From assembly GCA_964016885.1 (NCBI GenBank), contig OZ024740.1:384462001-384526000 (forward strand): DNA of 64,000 nt, written 5' to 3'. The notes under the pieces are model-generated. The model was given only the letters and a program-made list of their open reading frames with translations. It made no database searches and was not told where the DNA came from. Numbering within the stretch: the first letter of the stretch is position 1; each line of letters starts with the position of its first letter. This DNA comes from Eledone cirrhosa (lineage: Eukaryota). A program made the position numbers and the translations under genes. This document shows positions 42,275 to 56,528 of this stretch, one piece after another.

Positions 42275-45200
42275 AAACCCCGTGACCAAGAAATACCGGG
42301 ATGGCGGCCGGCGGGGAATAGCCGTGTCTCTAGGGGAGAACGACCCCTCTAGTCTTGGTTGACACTCGTTCTAGAAGTGGTAACACGAAATGATTATCCC
42401 TTGGCGGATAAGGATAAAACGCGACAAAATAAAGTAAATGTCTAATGATAAAATCTCATACCGGATCGGCCGTCACCCAGGTAAAAAAGGGCCGCGTCCC
42501 TCAGAGAGGAACCAGACTGGGGTCGAAAAATCAGCTAATGGTTCAAACCTTCCCATCACTTCGGAGCTGGAGACCTCCCATAACCGGAATACTCCTACTG
42601 TTGGCCCTCCATGCTCACCACCAAGAAATCCAAAGAAAAAGAGAGAAAAATGGTCAAGGGAAGATAATAAAGAAGTCCTTGAGGCTTTCTACACTGCCAT
42701 GTACTACCCATCAAATACATCGAATACAGAACAGACATATATCAACTGGAAAAAGAAACATCCCGAAAACAGAGGCTATATTGACAGTAACAAACTAGCC
42801 AATATACGAAGAAATATTGTAAGAAAAAAGTTACTAACTGATATAGAAATTGATCAGATCAAGCTAGTAGCACAAAGTCAGCGAAGGGAAAATGAAACAT
42901 GTGTCAGTGAAAACGAGGTAAACTGTAACACTTCTAACCCCAGGGTTGGGGCGGAATCACTGGCAACAGAACAAATTAAAGAAACGATCGAAAAAGTGGA
43001 GGGAGTGCATGCTCAGGATGAAACTCCAAATGAAAATAATGATATCGTAAATGATAAAGAAATGAATGAGAATGAACTTGCCAACTTGAAGGATGAAATT
43101 ATGATCGAATGGATGAAAATGAAAGAATCTGACATGGGGCAACGAGACACCCTCCCTAAGATCCAGAACTCCAAACAGAACCAAAAGATAATACACAAGA
43201 CTAACATAATTCTCAAAAACATTATCATCACAAACAAACTAAACATTACTGATTTAAATCATCTCTATTATGAATCGGCTAAAGTCACCACTCACTTATG
43301 TGGACTGAAGATGAAAAAACAAAGGAATTCCCACAAGAAATCTACTTGGCAAAAGAACATCAATCGCCAAATAAACCTTCTCCGATCTGACATAGAAATT
43401 TTAACAAACTATAAAGTAGGTGAACATGTTAAACAAACTAAACTTAGAAAATTGAAAAAAAAGTACAGTATGAAATCAACATGTGACATAGACATGCTGA
43501 TAGAAATAATCAAGCAAAAAGTGTCGGCCAATGCTGCTCGTATAAGGCGCTTTGAAAAACGATCTAGATTCTATAAGGACAATAATATGTTCAAAAACAA
43601 CCAAAGAAACTTCTACAGAAAAATTGGTAAGTCAACAATAACTGCTAAATCAATACCACCCAAGGAGGAAGTGCTAGAATTCTGGGAAAAGATCTGGGCC
43701 GAAGAAAAAGTTCATAACATACATGCCCCATGGATAGACAGACAAATGAAAGATACAGCTCACCTTGAGGAACAAATATGGGAAAATATAACAGTTGAAC
43801 AGTTGCGCTTGGCTCTAAGAAAAACCAGCAAATGGAAATCCCCAGGAAAAGACAAAATACAAAACTTTTGGATAAATGCCTTCACAGAGTCTCATGAGCT
43901 GTTAGCCCAACTTTACAATGAAATAGTTAAGGAGCCAGAAAAGATACCATCATGGCTAGTTAACGGCATTACATTCCTGCTTCCGAAGAATGATGAGACA
44001 AACAATCCCAAAAATTACAGACCGATAACTTGCTTGACCACAATGTATAAAATGTTAACATCAGTCCTAACTGAATACACATATGACCACCTGATAACAA
44101 ATTACCTATTTCCCATTGAGCAGAAAGGGTGTAAACGAGGCTCATATGGCTGTAAGGATCAGCTTCTGGTTAACAAAATGATACTGGAAGATTGTCATAA
44201 TAGACACAAAAATCTATCGATTGCTTGGATAGATTATAAAAAAGCATGGATAGATTATAAAAAAGCACAGTTGGATTGAAAAATGTTTAGATATTTTCAA
44301 AATATCCCCCGTTGTCAGGAGGTTTTTGTCATTCAGTATGAAGACATGGAAAACGACACTCCTTTTGAATAGTGAAACAAAATCACTGGAAGCTGGAGAA
44401 GTTAATATTAATTGTGGAATTTTTCAGGGTGACTCTTTATCACCGCTTTTATTCTGCATCGCACTTATACCATTAAGTAAAATGCTCAATGAAACAAAAC
44501 ATGGATATAAAGTCTATGACAAAACCATTAATCACCTGTTCTACATGGATGACCTGAAACCATTTGCAAAAAATGATGAACAATTGAAAGGGCTATTATC
44601 CACTGTGGAGCAGTTCAGTGATGACATTAAAATGGAGTTTGGGGTAGATAAATGCGCCAAAGCAACGTTCACCAGAGGAAAGCTGCTGAAGAGTTCAGAC
44701 ATTAATCTTGATCGGGGGAACGTGATAAGAGAACTTGATCAAGAAAAAACTTACAAATATCTAGGTGTTTGTGAAGGAGACGGAATCAAGCACTCGACAA
44801 TGAGGGAACGGATAAGGAAGGAATGTTACCGCAGAGTAAGAGCAATCTTAAGAACGGAATTGAATGCAAGGAATAGGATCGATGCCATAAACACGCTTGC
44901 CATACCAGTAGTAACCTACAGTTACAATGTCATCAACTGCTCAAGCACAGAGATCCGTAGGCTCGATACAAAAATTAGAAAATTCTTAACCATGCACAGA
45001 ATGCATCACCCTAAGGCAGATATAGATAGAATATATCTCCCTAGGAAAGAAGGAGGACGTTGGTTAATCCAGTTAGACATTGCGTTGAAAACTGCAACAA
45101 TTGGATTATCTACATATCTAAGGGAATCACATGATTGGATGATCAAACTCGTTTTGAAACACGAAAGCATCAAAAGACCATATTCCATTACAAAAGATGC

Positions 45201-46234
45201 ACAAAGATACAGTAATGGACTACAAATTTCAGAAGTGACATTTACTGCTGAAATGGAAAACACAGAAAAAGCAAAGCAGGTAAAAGTAACTGCAAAGAAA
45301 GAACTGCTACAGAAACTGGCTAAGAAATGGCAAGAAAAGCCTTGTATGGAAAATACCCAGAGCGAGCTAACAATCCTGATGTTGACAAAACTTTAACCCA
45401 TCAGTGGTTGGCCTCCTCTGGACTGAAATCGGAGACTGAATGACTGATTATATCAGCACAAGATCAGTGTCTGCCAACAAAAAATTACCAAGCCAACATA
45501 ATAAAAAATGGATGCAGCCCATTTTGCCGTGTATGCAAAAAACAACCAGAGACCATTGACCATATAATTTCAATGTGCAGTCCTATAGCTCCAACCGAAT
45601 ACCTAAACAGGCATGACAGAGCTGCACAATACGTACATTGGATAATGTGTAAGCATTTTGACCTGCCCCATCAAAAGGATTGGTGGGAGCATCAACCACC
45701 TCCCATACTTGAAAAAGATCACATCTCAATCCTGTGGAACTTTAGCATCCAAACAGACCGAAAAATAGATGCAAATAGACCTGATATAATATTGAAGGAC
45801 TTTAAAAAGAGGGTATGCCTGCTGATTGATATGTCTGTTCCAATAGACAAGAATGTATCTATAAAAACATTTGAAAAATTGAACAAGTATAAGGACCTGG
45901 AGATAGAAATTGGAAAAATGTTGAAATTGAGAACTAAAACAATACCAGTGGTTGTAGGCGCTCTGGGAATGATACCTAAGGAGTCTATTGATTACTTATC
46001 GCAAATCCCAGGAAACACGCGTATAGGAGAAATACAAAAGATAGTACTAATGGGAACTGCCCATATACTAAGGAAGATTCTGTCAACATAAGTATATCAC
46101 AAGTCTAAACACTAAAGATGCATGTGTGAGTATGTATGTTCTTTCTTGAACATGGCGGACCTTATTGTCTCTTGAGGTCACTGGTTGTGACTTGGTGATA
46201 ACTCGTATGAACATAAAGCAAGATAAATGCAACT

Positions 46235-46235
<1 letters not shown>
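42275..46235 (+). mobile_element. R4/Dong-clade RLE non-LTR retrotransposon, near full-length, (TAA)n tail
   Basis: Single ORF (disrupted) with RT then CCHC and restriction-like endonuclease; ends in (TAA)n. Confidence 0.9.
42438..46091 (+). pseudogene. RT + CCHC + PD-(D/E)xK restriction-like endonuclease ORF, frameshifted
   Basis: WKSPGKD, YRPITCL, WIDYKKA, GIFQGDSLSP, FYMDD, YKYLG, CRVC..ETIDHIISMC, RHD, NRPDI, LIDMSVP, KYKDL; a 21-bp duplication at about 44226-44267 disrupts RT. Confidence 0.92.
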
Positions 46236-46289
<54 letters not shown>

Positions 46290-47355
46290 GTGCGGGAATT
46301 CTGAGATGGAATGTTGCTGAAGAAAAAGAAATGGATAGGAAGACTAGGAAGCTATTGACTACCTACAACATGTTCCACAAGAGGAGTGATGTCGATAGAC
46401 TCTACTTAAGGAGATCTGAAGGTGGAAGAGGTCTTATCAGCATAGAGGACTGTGTTCAGATGGAGAAAAACAACCTACACAAATACGTGACTGATAGTAA
46501 GGAGCCAATGCTCAGAACTGTACTGAAGGAGAGGACAATAGACCAGGGGATGTCCAAGGAGGAAATAACAACAAGGAGAAAGAGCAGCCTTCAGGAAAAA
46601 TCCCTTCATAGTACCTTCTTTGAGAAAACTGAATTCAGAGATCCACAGACATGGAACTGGTTGAAAAGAGGAGACCTTAAAAAGGCTAGAAGGAATGTTA
46701 ATGGCTGCGCAAGAGCAGGCACTCAAAACGAAGTGGTTTAAACACCATATTTACGAGGAGGCTAGCCCACTGTGCATGATCTGTGGAGAGAGAGAGGAGA
46801 CTGTAGCTCACATTGTATCCGAGTGTAAACACCTAGCCCAGACTCACTATAAGGGCTGGAGACATGATGTGATGGGCAGGGTGATCCACTGGCACCTATG
46901 CAAAGTAAACAATTTACCACATTCTGAGAAGTGGTATGAGCATAAGCCAGAGGCGGTGATAGAAAGCGATCAGGTGAAGGTGCTGTGGGATTTTAGGATA
47001 CAGACGGACAAGAAACTGGAACACAATAGACCTGACCTAGTGGTTGTGGACAAAGAATAAATATCGTGCCTGATTGTGGATGTGGCCTGCCCATTCGACA
47101 CAAGAGTGCAAGAGAAGGAGAGGGAGAAAATTAATCGATACCAGGACTTAAAGTGGGAGGAAAAAAGGATTTGGAACTGCCATGAAGTCAATGGTTCAAG
47201 AAAATTGGCCCCTTCACGCTTTTTGGAACGCTTCCAAAGGCATGCTTGCTGGGAACAGCTCCGATAAGTCCTGAATATCTGAGGCTGCAGGTAGTGGCTT
47301 GATATTCATTTCAACAAACTTTCCAGTTAACTAACATCAATGACTGAGACTCAAA

Positions 47356-47356
<1 letters not shown>
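46290..47356 (+). mobile_element. 5'-truncated R4/Dong-type element (second family) in (TAA)n
   Basis: RLYLRRSEGGRGL, AAQEQAL, C..C...ETVAHIVSEC, RHD, RPDL; (TAA)n on both sides. Confidence 0.88.
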
Positions 47357-47402
<46 letters not shown>

Positions 47403-47644
47403 TTTTCTTTATTAACCACAAGGGTTCACATAAAGTAGACATTAAGGACAGTACAGGACAATACAGGATGGTACAAATGGGCATTTCTGCGTGTAAAAAA
47501 ACAGAGGTTGAAATAAAATAACAAAGAAAAATTCCCCAATAGGGGGGAGACTTCCAAGGGACATTTGTGGAGAAAGCCCATTAAAAGACCACAGTGGCCC
47601 TGACCACCAGGGCAAGTGCCCTCTCCCAGTTTTCCACCTTTAAT

Positions 47645-50600
47645 TTACAGACACATACTCAGAGAAGGCCCATTCATTCGAGCCATACTTGCTTCTCTCA
47701 CCCATCTTTCAACAAAATGCTGGGAAGAGAGCACTTCCCTCTCTACCCTGATTTTCCTTTTCAAATGAAATTTGAAAAAGTTAATCAGGGCATCACCGAA
47801 GAGGTAAGTGCTCGTCTTCAGCCCTTTCAAACGTGTCCACCATACTATCTCTTTCGTCATGGCCACCAGACAGATAAAAACTGCCTGCCCTTCCAGGCTA
47901 AAGGAAGGGGGCGGGGCAATCCTCACGATGGACTCAGCTGATAGCTGGATCCGTCCTACACGTGACAGCAGGTGTTCGACATAAACCCACAAGTCAGCAA
48001 TGCTCGGACACTGGACGAGTGCGTGCAGGACGGTTTCGTCGCCCTGCGCGCATCTCGGACATGCCCGGCTGACGGCACCTCCATGCCTGTAGAGTTTATC
48101 CCGAACTGGCAAAGCTCCTCGGTAGCACTGCCAGGCCAGGGATTTCTGGAAGTTGTCCATAGGCCCCGGCCCGAAAGTCCTTCCGAAGAGATTGGCTAGT
48201 TGATTTTCGTCGACGCCTAGAGTTTCTCCAAGTACGTCGTCGCTCTTCCCCTCCACTAATCCTCTATAGAACGCCAAGGTGGAGTTTCCACCGATCACAT
48301 TGCCCGATTGGTCGAGGGCTGTGAGCGCCTGAAGACATTCCAGTCTCCAAGCGCTCCCTCTCGGTCTTCGCTTGACCCAGGACTGCAGCTCCGTCAAGGA
48401 GACGAGCTGGGGGAAAACGTGTCTTGCAAACGGCGACCACACCTGATCACCGTCGAGGAAGAGGTGGAGATGTCGTAGCCTGAGCGCGTGTCTGCGCATC
48501 ATCAGCCACGGCATGCCCAGCCCTCCACGTAGCGGGTGTTGACAGTAGATGGACCGCCTGACCATCGGAGCGCGTCCCTTCCACAAGAAGCGAAAGAGCA
48601 AACGCTCCAGCGCAGTCAGGCGGGGCTTAGGACAAGGTACGACGGTCAGGCGGTAGTAGATGACGGATGCGATGTACGCATTCGCCACCTCCGCTCGACC
48701 TTTCAGGGATAGCTTCCTCTCGGCCCATTTCTGGGTGAGAGAAGCCACCCTGCTCGTCACCTCGTCCCAGTTTTTGTCCGTCTGGAGGTCTGGACCGAAC
48801 CAGACCCCTAGCAATTTAACCGGTCCGTCCGTCCAGCGCCCGACGACGCTGTTGGACGGCATGGACCTGCCTCTCCTGGTGCCGAGCTGCAGGCCCACTG
48901 ACTTTTCCTGGTTGATCATTGCTCCTGTCACCGCTTCGTATTCTCTTAGTGTAGTGCCGATCGCCTCGATGTGTTTGGCGTTCGACACCACTACGGTGAC
49001 ATCGTCGGCATATGCTGACACGGATCTTCCGCATCCTAGTTCGCGCGGGATGCCCCTCAACGTCTCCAGTTTGTGCAGTAATGGCTCGAGAGTCAATACG
49101 TACAATAGGGACGAGAGGGGACATCCTTGGCGGACCGAGCGCATGATGTTGAACGGTTCCGAAAGGTGACCGTTCACTCTCACTACAGAGCAGATGTCGC
49201 TGTGCATGGCAGCGATCCAGCCTCTGAAGACGGGCCCAAAGCCAGCCGCCCTCAGGACTGCCGCTAGGTAACGATGGTCGACCCTATCGAAGGCTTTCGA
49301 CTGATCTAAATTGATCAAAGACCCACCCGTGCCAGCTTCCCTAGCTACCCTCTCTACGATGTATCGCATGAAGTGGAGGTTGTCGTGGATGGATCTATCG
49401 GGAATGGCGCATGTCTGCGCCTCTCCCACCAGACCACCAACGACAAGCGCCAACCTCTTTGCTAGCACCTTGGCCAAAATTTTGAACTCTGTGTTTAGCA
49501 GAGTTATGGGCCTGAAATTATCTATGTTATCCCCCTTGTTCGGATCCTTTCTAAGCAGAGCCACCGCTCCTCGGCTCACAGAGCTGGGAATTCTCCCGTT
49601 CTGTTGCCAGTTGCTGTAGACGTCCGCCAAGAGACCTCCGAACAAGTTTGGCATTTGTACGTAAAGTTCATAGGGCAGACCATCCAAACCAGGCGATTTA
49701 CCCCTTGTGCAACTAGTCATTGCATCCCGTACTTCAGCGGTTGTTATCGGCTTTTCGCAACACTCCGCCTCAGTGGCCGAAAGCCGCGGCAGTCCGTCGA
49801 GGTAGACACTAAAGTCCATCCCTCGATCCGGCCCGCCACTGCCCCCGAACAGTTGAGCGAAGTGTCGCTGAAAAGCTTCACACATTTGCCCGGGATCGAG
49901 TAGCATGCGCCCGTCGTGGTCCACCAAAGACCGGATCGTGGCTTTGTTGCCACGACGCGCCTCCGCCACTCGGGCCCATTGAACGGCTTCGTCCCCTCGT
50001 GTCTGAGAGCACGCACCCTAGCTCTGACAACGCAGCCTTCGTGCTTTGCATTGAAGAATTGGTCAAGAGCCAATTTCGCCGCAAGTACGTCGGTCGCGAT
50101 GCCTTTGCTAAGCGCCTCATCTAATTTTCTAACTAATTCTCCCTCTGCTCTATTTTTCTCTATTGCTAAAGTCTTACTAAACCTAATGGACTCTATTCTA
50201 ATTGCTCTTTTCAGAGCAAACCACCACTTGTTGTTGACGATGGCCCCCGTCAAAGCCCGCTTAACTAGTTCGCTAATCCGGTCTCTGTAGGCCTTGCGCG
50301 CTGTTAAGGACGCGTTTAGCTTCCAGTAGCCGGGTCCTCGTCTATGAAGCCTATCTACGTCAAGCACACAGATCACGAATTTGTGGTCCGTGTAGCTGAC
50401 TATCTTGAATTGTGGACAGCCTATGCTAGACCTATCTATTTCCCTACAAAATACTCTATCTAGATATGATCTGGATGACCCTATGCGATTTGTCCAAGTC
50501 CACATTGGTACATTCGGGAAATCCGTTCGGTACCTGTCAGACAGTTCAAAACGTCTGAGCAGGTTGGTGAGACTCTTGCACCCTCCTTCCCTATCCACTA

Positions 50601-51063
50601 ATCCCACACAATCCCAGCGTGCATCTAAGATCCCGTTCCAGTCGCCCACTAACACTAAAGAGCGGGACGTTTCAAGAAAGGTCTCCAGACGCCGGAAGAA
50701 ATCAGGCCGCCCTGCTCCTGTCGGGGCATAGACGGCCACTAACCTGAAAGCTTGCCCGTCTCCGCTGGTCACGTCCAGCACCACCAACTTACCTTCTGGG
50801 TCCAGGAAGATGGCCCGTATGGCAAGATCCAAACCTCTCCGAAAAAGCACAGCAACTCCTCCCCCCGATCCCGGACGGCTGGGAGATGCGTACACATCGT
50901 AGCCGCCGAAGATCGGTGCGAAAGCCTGTGCTTCGGAGATTCTGGTCTCGCTGATGGCCACTACATCTATGTTTAGTGACCTGAGGTCGTTGAGCAGGTG
51001 GCCCTGCTTCCATGACGACCCCAAGCCACGCGCATTTATGCTGCCTATTCTGAGTGAGGTCAT
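47645..51063 (-). pseudogene. Tx1 ORF2 (APE-RT-CCHC), single frameshift
   Basis: 439-aa APE ORF (SINARGL, ISET, VYAP, GDWN, TDHK) overlapping a 774-aa RT ORF (RQGCPLS, YADD, CPRC..ETVLHALVQC). Confidence 0.95.
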
Positions 51064-51097
51064 GTTGAAAAGGAGTGGAAAAGATGGGAAAGACCAC

Positions 51098-53083
51098 TTA
51101 CCTTACTTCTCGTAGGGGAAGGACGGTTTTTCCATCCTTTTCACTGCTTGTGGCCTCCTCAGGAAGGATGTCCTTATAAATCCTCCTGGAGAGTGCTTGT
51201 CGGAAGTCTCCGATGTCTTTGGGGAATTTTTGTTTTAGTGTCATGTACGTTTTCTGTGTGATGCGAGTGATTTGTATGTGTGGAGGTGGTGTGAATTTTG
51301 GGGTTGTTGTGTAGTCTTTTTCTGTGATGCTGGTGTTGTGTTGGATGTAGTGCAATAATTGCTTGTTGTTCAAATTTAATGCTGTGTAGTGTGTATCGTT
51401 TTGGTTGTTTTGTTTTGTTTGCGTTTGTTGTGGGTTTGTTTCTGTTTCGTATTTTGGTGACTTTTGTGGTGTAGGTGATGGTAGTGTTGGAGTCAATGAT
51501 GGTGATGGTGTTGGTGTTTGGGTTGAAGGGGTTGGTGATGCTGGTGTGGATGGTGGCATATCTGTCCTAACTTTTTTGTTTCATAGTTTATTTGTTTCCC
51601 TCTGTATTTTGTTTTTGGAGGGGGAAGGAAGAGAATTTTTTCTTTTTTCGTTTCTTTTTTTTTTTCCGGATATCGTTTCCCACTCCTCGTCGTCACAATC
51701 TGTCTCCAGTTGTGATAGGCCGGGGAGTGGAAAATCCTCCACAGCCGTTAGTTTTGGTTGTGGTGTGGTGGATGGTGTAGGCGCTGGTGCTAGTTCTGAA
51801 GCGTTGGGTGGTGGTGGTGTTGGTTTTGCTGGTGGTGGTAGTGGTGTTGGTTTTGCTACTGTTGCTGGGGTTGTTGCTGTTATAGTTGCTTCTGTTGTTG
51901 CTGCTACAGTTGTTGCTGGCATCTCTGCTACTGGTGGTGTTGATGGTTGTGTCACTGGGGTGGGTAGGAGAGGTGGCCTCAACCTTTTAGCCTGAGGGCA
52001 GAAAGCCCTTAGGTGGGTTCCTTCACCACAAACGACACACCTAGGTCTTCTGCCCTCGACAATTACCATGAGGTGGCTGCCGTCAGTGAGGTCTATTACC
52101 TCTGGGATCTCCTCAATGCTTTTATGGTCCGCTTGGATCAGGAGCTCCATCCCAGATCCGGACCAGTTTTCCTGCTTTTCTTTTGCTATTGTTATTATTT
52201 TCGTGTTGGCCTCGATGCCGGCGATGACAGCCGCTATTAGCCAGGGAATTTCGATGGCCGGTGGAACGTGGGTCACCCTGATCTTTACGAGTCTCTGGCC
52301 ACAATAGCTTGGGACGAGTGTGAAGTCGTCACTTTTTAATGGGGCCATGGAGTGTTCTCTAGCCTCCTCTGGTGTTTCAAAGAACACATCCACAGTTCCA
52401 TACTTTTGCCCACGTCTGATGTGGGTTTTTCTTGCCCACACATGTCCCAAAGCTTTTTGGATTTGGGACTCGGATGCCCGTTCCACTCGGCGCGATTTTA
52501 CATTTATTGTTCTATACGACACGGTGCATAGGCGCCGATGCTCCATTTTATTAGGTGGGGGGGTGAGGCTGACCCTGTACCCATCTTTCTTTACCATTTG
52601 TTTGGCATTTTCTAAATCTTCTTGAGTTACCGTGAACGCTTCGAATTGTTTTGCTACGATGGCGAAACTGAGGGTCGGTTTTATAATGTCATTGTTGTTG
52701 TTGTTGCTATCGTTAATATTAATTTTATTTTCAGTTGTGGTGGTGGTGACGTCAGTCGTCTTTGGTGGGGAAGAGTCCATTTTGCTTGATTTCATTTCGA
52801 CGTCACGAGTTACTTTATTTTTTTCTTCTTTTGTTTCTGTTGTCGCGGTGGTGGTGGTGGTGGTGGTTGTCGCGGTGGTGGTGGTGGTGGAGGGTTTAAC
52901 ACCTGCAGTCATTGGTAATGGCGGGAAATGAATGTCTGCCTGAGACAAATTTAAAATATTGCTGCTGCTTATATTTTTTTTTGTGTTGGCAAACGTAGTA
53001 ACATTTACAATGGTGGTGTCGGTGTGAGGTGTTATTTTGTGAGGAAGGCTTTCAGCTGCTTCGTGCAGAGGGGAATTAGCCAT
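51098..53083 (-). pseudogene. Tx1 ORF1 (Thr/Asn-rich region, RRM-like core, CCHC knuckle, Pro/Thr linker, conserved C-terminal domain)
   Basis: 500-aa ORF with CVVCGEGTHLRAFC plus a frameshifted 153-aa tail ending PLREVR*. Confidence 0.88.
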
Positions 53084-53293
53084 TTTTTTTTCAAAGAAAT
53101 TTTTGGATAATAATAAAAGTTAAAATTTTGGGCACAAGGCCCCAATCTTTTTGGGTGTCCTTTTCGGAAAACAATGTATGTGTGCTTATAAACAGTTTAC
53201 AATAAAATTTTCCATAAATGGCAATTTTTAAACAAACGGAAATAACAAACCTTTGCGGAGCTCACGATAATACGATTTCCTACGTAGGTCGCC

Positions 53294-53343
<50 letters not shown>

Positions 53344-53591
53344 TTTCTTTATTAACCACAAGGGTTTACATAAAGTAGACATTAAGGACAGTGCAGGACA
53401 ATGCAGGACGGTACAAATGGGCATTTCTGCGTGTAAAAAACAAAAACAGAGGATGTAACAAAAAATAACAATGAAAAATTCCCCAATAGGGGGGAGATTT
53501 CGGAGGGACATTTGTGGAGAAAGCCCAGTAAAAAGCCACAATGACCCTGACCACCAAGGCAAGTGCCCTCTCCCAGTTTTCCACCTTTAAT

Positions 53592-56493
53592 TTACAGATA
53601 TATACTCAGAGTAGGCCCATTCACTCGGGCCATTCTTGCTTCTCTCACCCATCTTTCAATAAAATGCTGGGAAGAGAGCACTTCCCTCTCTACTCTGATT
53701 TTCCTTTTCAAATGAAATTTGAAAAAGTCAATCAGAGCATCACCGAAGTGGTAAGTGCTCGTCTTCAGCCCTTTCAAACGTGTCCACCATACTATCTCTT
53801 TCGCCATGGCCACCAGACAGATAAAAACTGCCTGCCCTTCCCGGCTAAAGAAGGAGGCCGGGGCAATCCTCACGATGGACTCGGATGGTAGCCGGATCCG
53901 TCCTAAACGCGACAGCAGGTGTTCGACATAAACCCACAAGTCAGCAATTTTCGGACACTGGACGAGTGCGTGCAGGACGGTTTCGTCGCCCTGCGCATCT
54001 CGGACATGCCCGGCTGACGGCACCTCCATGCCTGTAGAGTTTATCCCGAACTGGCGAGGCTTAGGACAAGGTACGACGGTCAGGCGGTAGCAGATGACAG
54101 ACGCGATGTACGCGTTAGCCACCTCCGCTCGACCTTTCAGGGATAGCTTCCTCTCGGCCCATTTCTGGGTGAGAGAAGCCACCCTGCTCGTCACCTCGTC
54201 CCAGTTTTTGTCCGTCTGGAGGTCCGGACCGAACCAGACCCCGAGCAATTTAACCGGTCCGTCCGTCCAGCGTCCGACGACGCTGTTGGACGGCATGGAC
54301 CTGCCTCTCCAGGTGCCGAGCTGCAGGCCCACTGACTTTTCCTGGTTGATCATTGCTCCTGTCACCGCTTCGTATTCTCTTAGTGTAGTGCCGATCGCCT
54401 CGATGTGTTTGGCGTTCGATACCACTACGGTGACATCGTCCGCATATGCTGACACGGATCTTCCGCATCCTAGTTCGCGCGGGACGCCCCTCAACGTCTC
54501 CAGTTTGTGCAGTAATGGCTCGAGAGTCAATACGTACAAGAGGGACGAGAGGGGACATCCTTGGCGAACCGAGCGCATGATCTTGAACGGTTCCAACAGG
54601 TGACCGTTCACTCTCACCACAGAGCAGATGTCGCTGTGCATGGCAGCGATCCAGCCTCTGAAGACGGGCCCAAAGCCAGCCGCCCTCAGGACTGCCGCTA
54701 GGTAACGATGGTCGACCCTATCGAAAGCTTTCGACTGATCTAGATTGATCAAGGACCCACCCGTGTCAGGTTCCTTAGCTACCCTCTCTACGATGTATCG
54801 CATGAGGTGGAGGTTGTCGTGGATGGATCTGTCGGGAATGGCGCATGTCTGCGCCTCTCCCACCAGACCACCAACGACAAGCGCCAACCTCTTTGCTAGC
54901 ACCTTGGCCAAAATCTTGAACTCTGTGTTTAGCAGAGATATGGGCCGGATATTATCTATGTTATTCCCCTTGTTCGGATCCTTTCTCAGCAGTGCCACCG
55001 CTCCGCGGCTCACAGAACTGGGAATTCTCCCGTTCTGTTGCCAGTTGCAGTAGACGTCCGCCAAGAGGCCTCCGAACAAGTCTGGCATCTGTACGTAAAG
55101 TTCATAGGGCAGACCATCCAAACCAGGCGATTTAACCCTTGTGCAGCCAGTCATTGCCTCCCTTACTTCAGCAGCTGTTATCAGCTTTTCGCAACACTTC
55201 GCCTCAGTGGCCGAGAGCCGCGGCAGTCCGTCGAGGTAGACACTAAAGTCCATTCCTCGACCCGGCCCACCGCTGCCCCCGAACAGCTGAGCGAAGTGTC
55301 GCTGAAAAGCTTCACACAATTGCCCGGGATCGAGTAGCATGCGCCCGTCGTGGTCCCCCGCGGATCGTGGCTTTGTTGCCACGATGCGCCTCCGCCACTC
55401 GGCCCCATTGAACGGCTTTCGTCCCCTCGTGTCTGAGAGCACGCACCCTTGCTCTGACAACGCAGCCTTCGTGCTTTGCATTGAAGAATTGGTCAAGGGC
55501 CAATTTCGCCGCAAGCACGTCGGTCGCAATGCCTTTGCTAAGCGCCTCGTCTAATTTTCTAACTAGTTCTCCCTCTGCTCTATTTTTCTCTATTGCTAAA
55601 GCCTTACTAAACCTAATGGATTCTATTCTAATCGCTTTTTTCAGAGCAAACCACCACTTGTTGTTGACGATGGCCCCCGTCAACGCCCGCTTAACTAGTT
55701 CGCTAATCCGGTCTCTGTAGGCCTTGCGCGCTGGTAAGGACGCGTTTAGCTTCCAGTAGCCGGGTCCTCGTCTATGAAGCCTATCTAAGTCAAGCACACA
55801 GATCACGAATTTGTGGTCCGTGTAGCTGACTATCTTGAATTGTGGACAGCCTATGCTAGACCTATCTATTTCCCTACAAAATACTCTATCTAGATATGAT
55901 CTGGATGACCATATGCCATTTGTCCAAGTCCACATTGGCGCATTCGGGAAATCCAATCGGTACCTGTCAGACAGTTCAAAACGCCTGAGCAGGTTGGTGA
56001 GGCTCTTGCACCCTCCACCCCTATCCGCTAATCCCACACAGTCCCAGCGTGCATCTAAGATCCCGTTCCAGTCACCCACTAACATTAAAGAGCGGGACGT
56101 TCCAAGGAAGGTCTCCAGACGCCTGAAGAAATCAGGCCGCCCTGCTCCTGTCGGGGCATAGACGGCCACTAGCCTGAAAGCTTGCCCGTCTCCGCTGGTC
56201 ACGTCCAGCACCACCAGCTTACCCTCTCGGTCCAGGAAGATGGCCCGTATGGCGAGATCCAAACCTCTCCGAAAAAGCACAGCAACTCCTCCCCCCGATC
56301 CAGGACGGCTGGGAGATGCGTACACATCGTAGCCGCCGAAGATCGGTGCGAAGGCCCGTGCTTCGGATATTCTGGTCTCGCTGATGGCCACTACATCTAT
56401 GTTTAGTGACCTGAGGTCGTTGAGCAGGTAACCCTGCTTCCATGACGACCCCAAGCCACGCGCATTTATGCTGCCTATTCTGAGTGAGGTCAT
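53592..56493 (-). pseudogene. Tx1 ORF2 (APE-RT), frameshift and internal deletion
   Basis: 393-aa APE ORF and 645-aa RT ORF. Confidence 0.93.
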
Positions 56494-56528
56494 GTTTAAA
56501 ATAGAGTGGAAAAGATGGGAAAGACCAC

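Larger units (their letters stand above)
47401..53293 (-). mobile_element. Tx1 LINE, subfamily C, full-length, young
   Basis: ORF1 53083-51098 (frameshift in an A-rich run); ORF2 51063-47645 (one frameshift near 49985); (TAA)n at both ends. Confidence 0.95.

Noticed and set aside
48660-49169. Recurrent plus-strand 169-aa ORF (also 39068-39577, 54094-54603) and similar antisense ORFs
   Set aside because: Antisense shadows of the GC-rich Tx1 RT frame; recurrence is explained by copy identity
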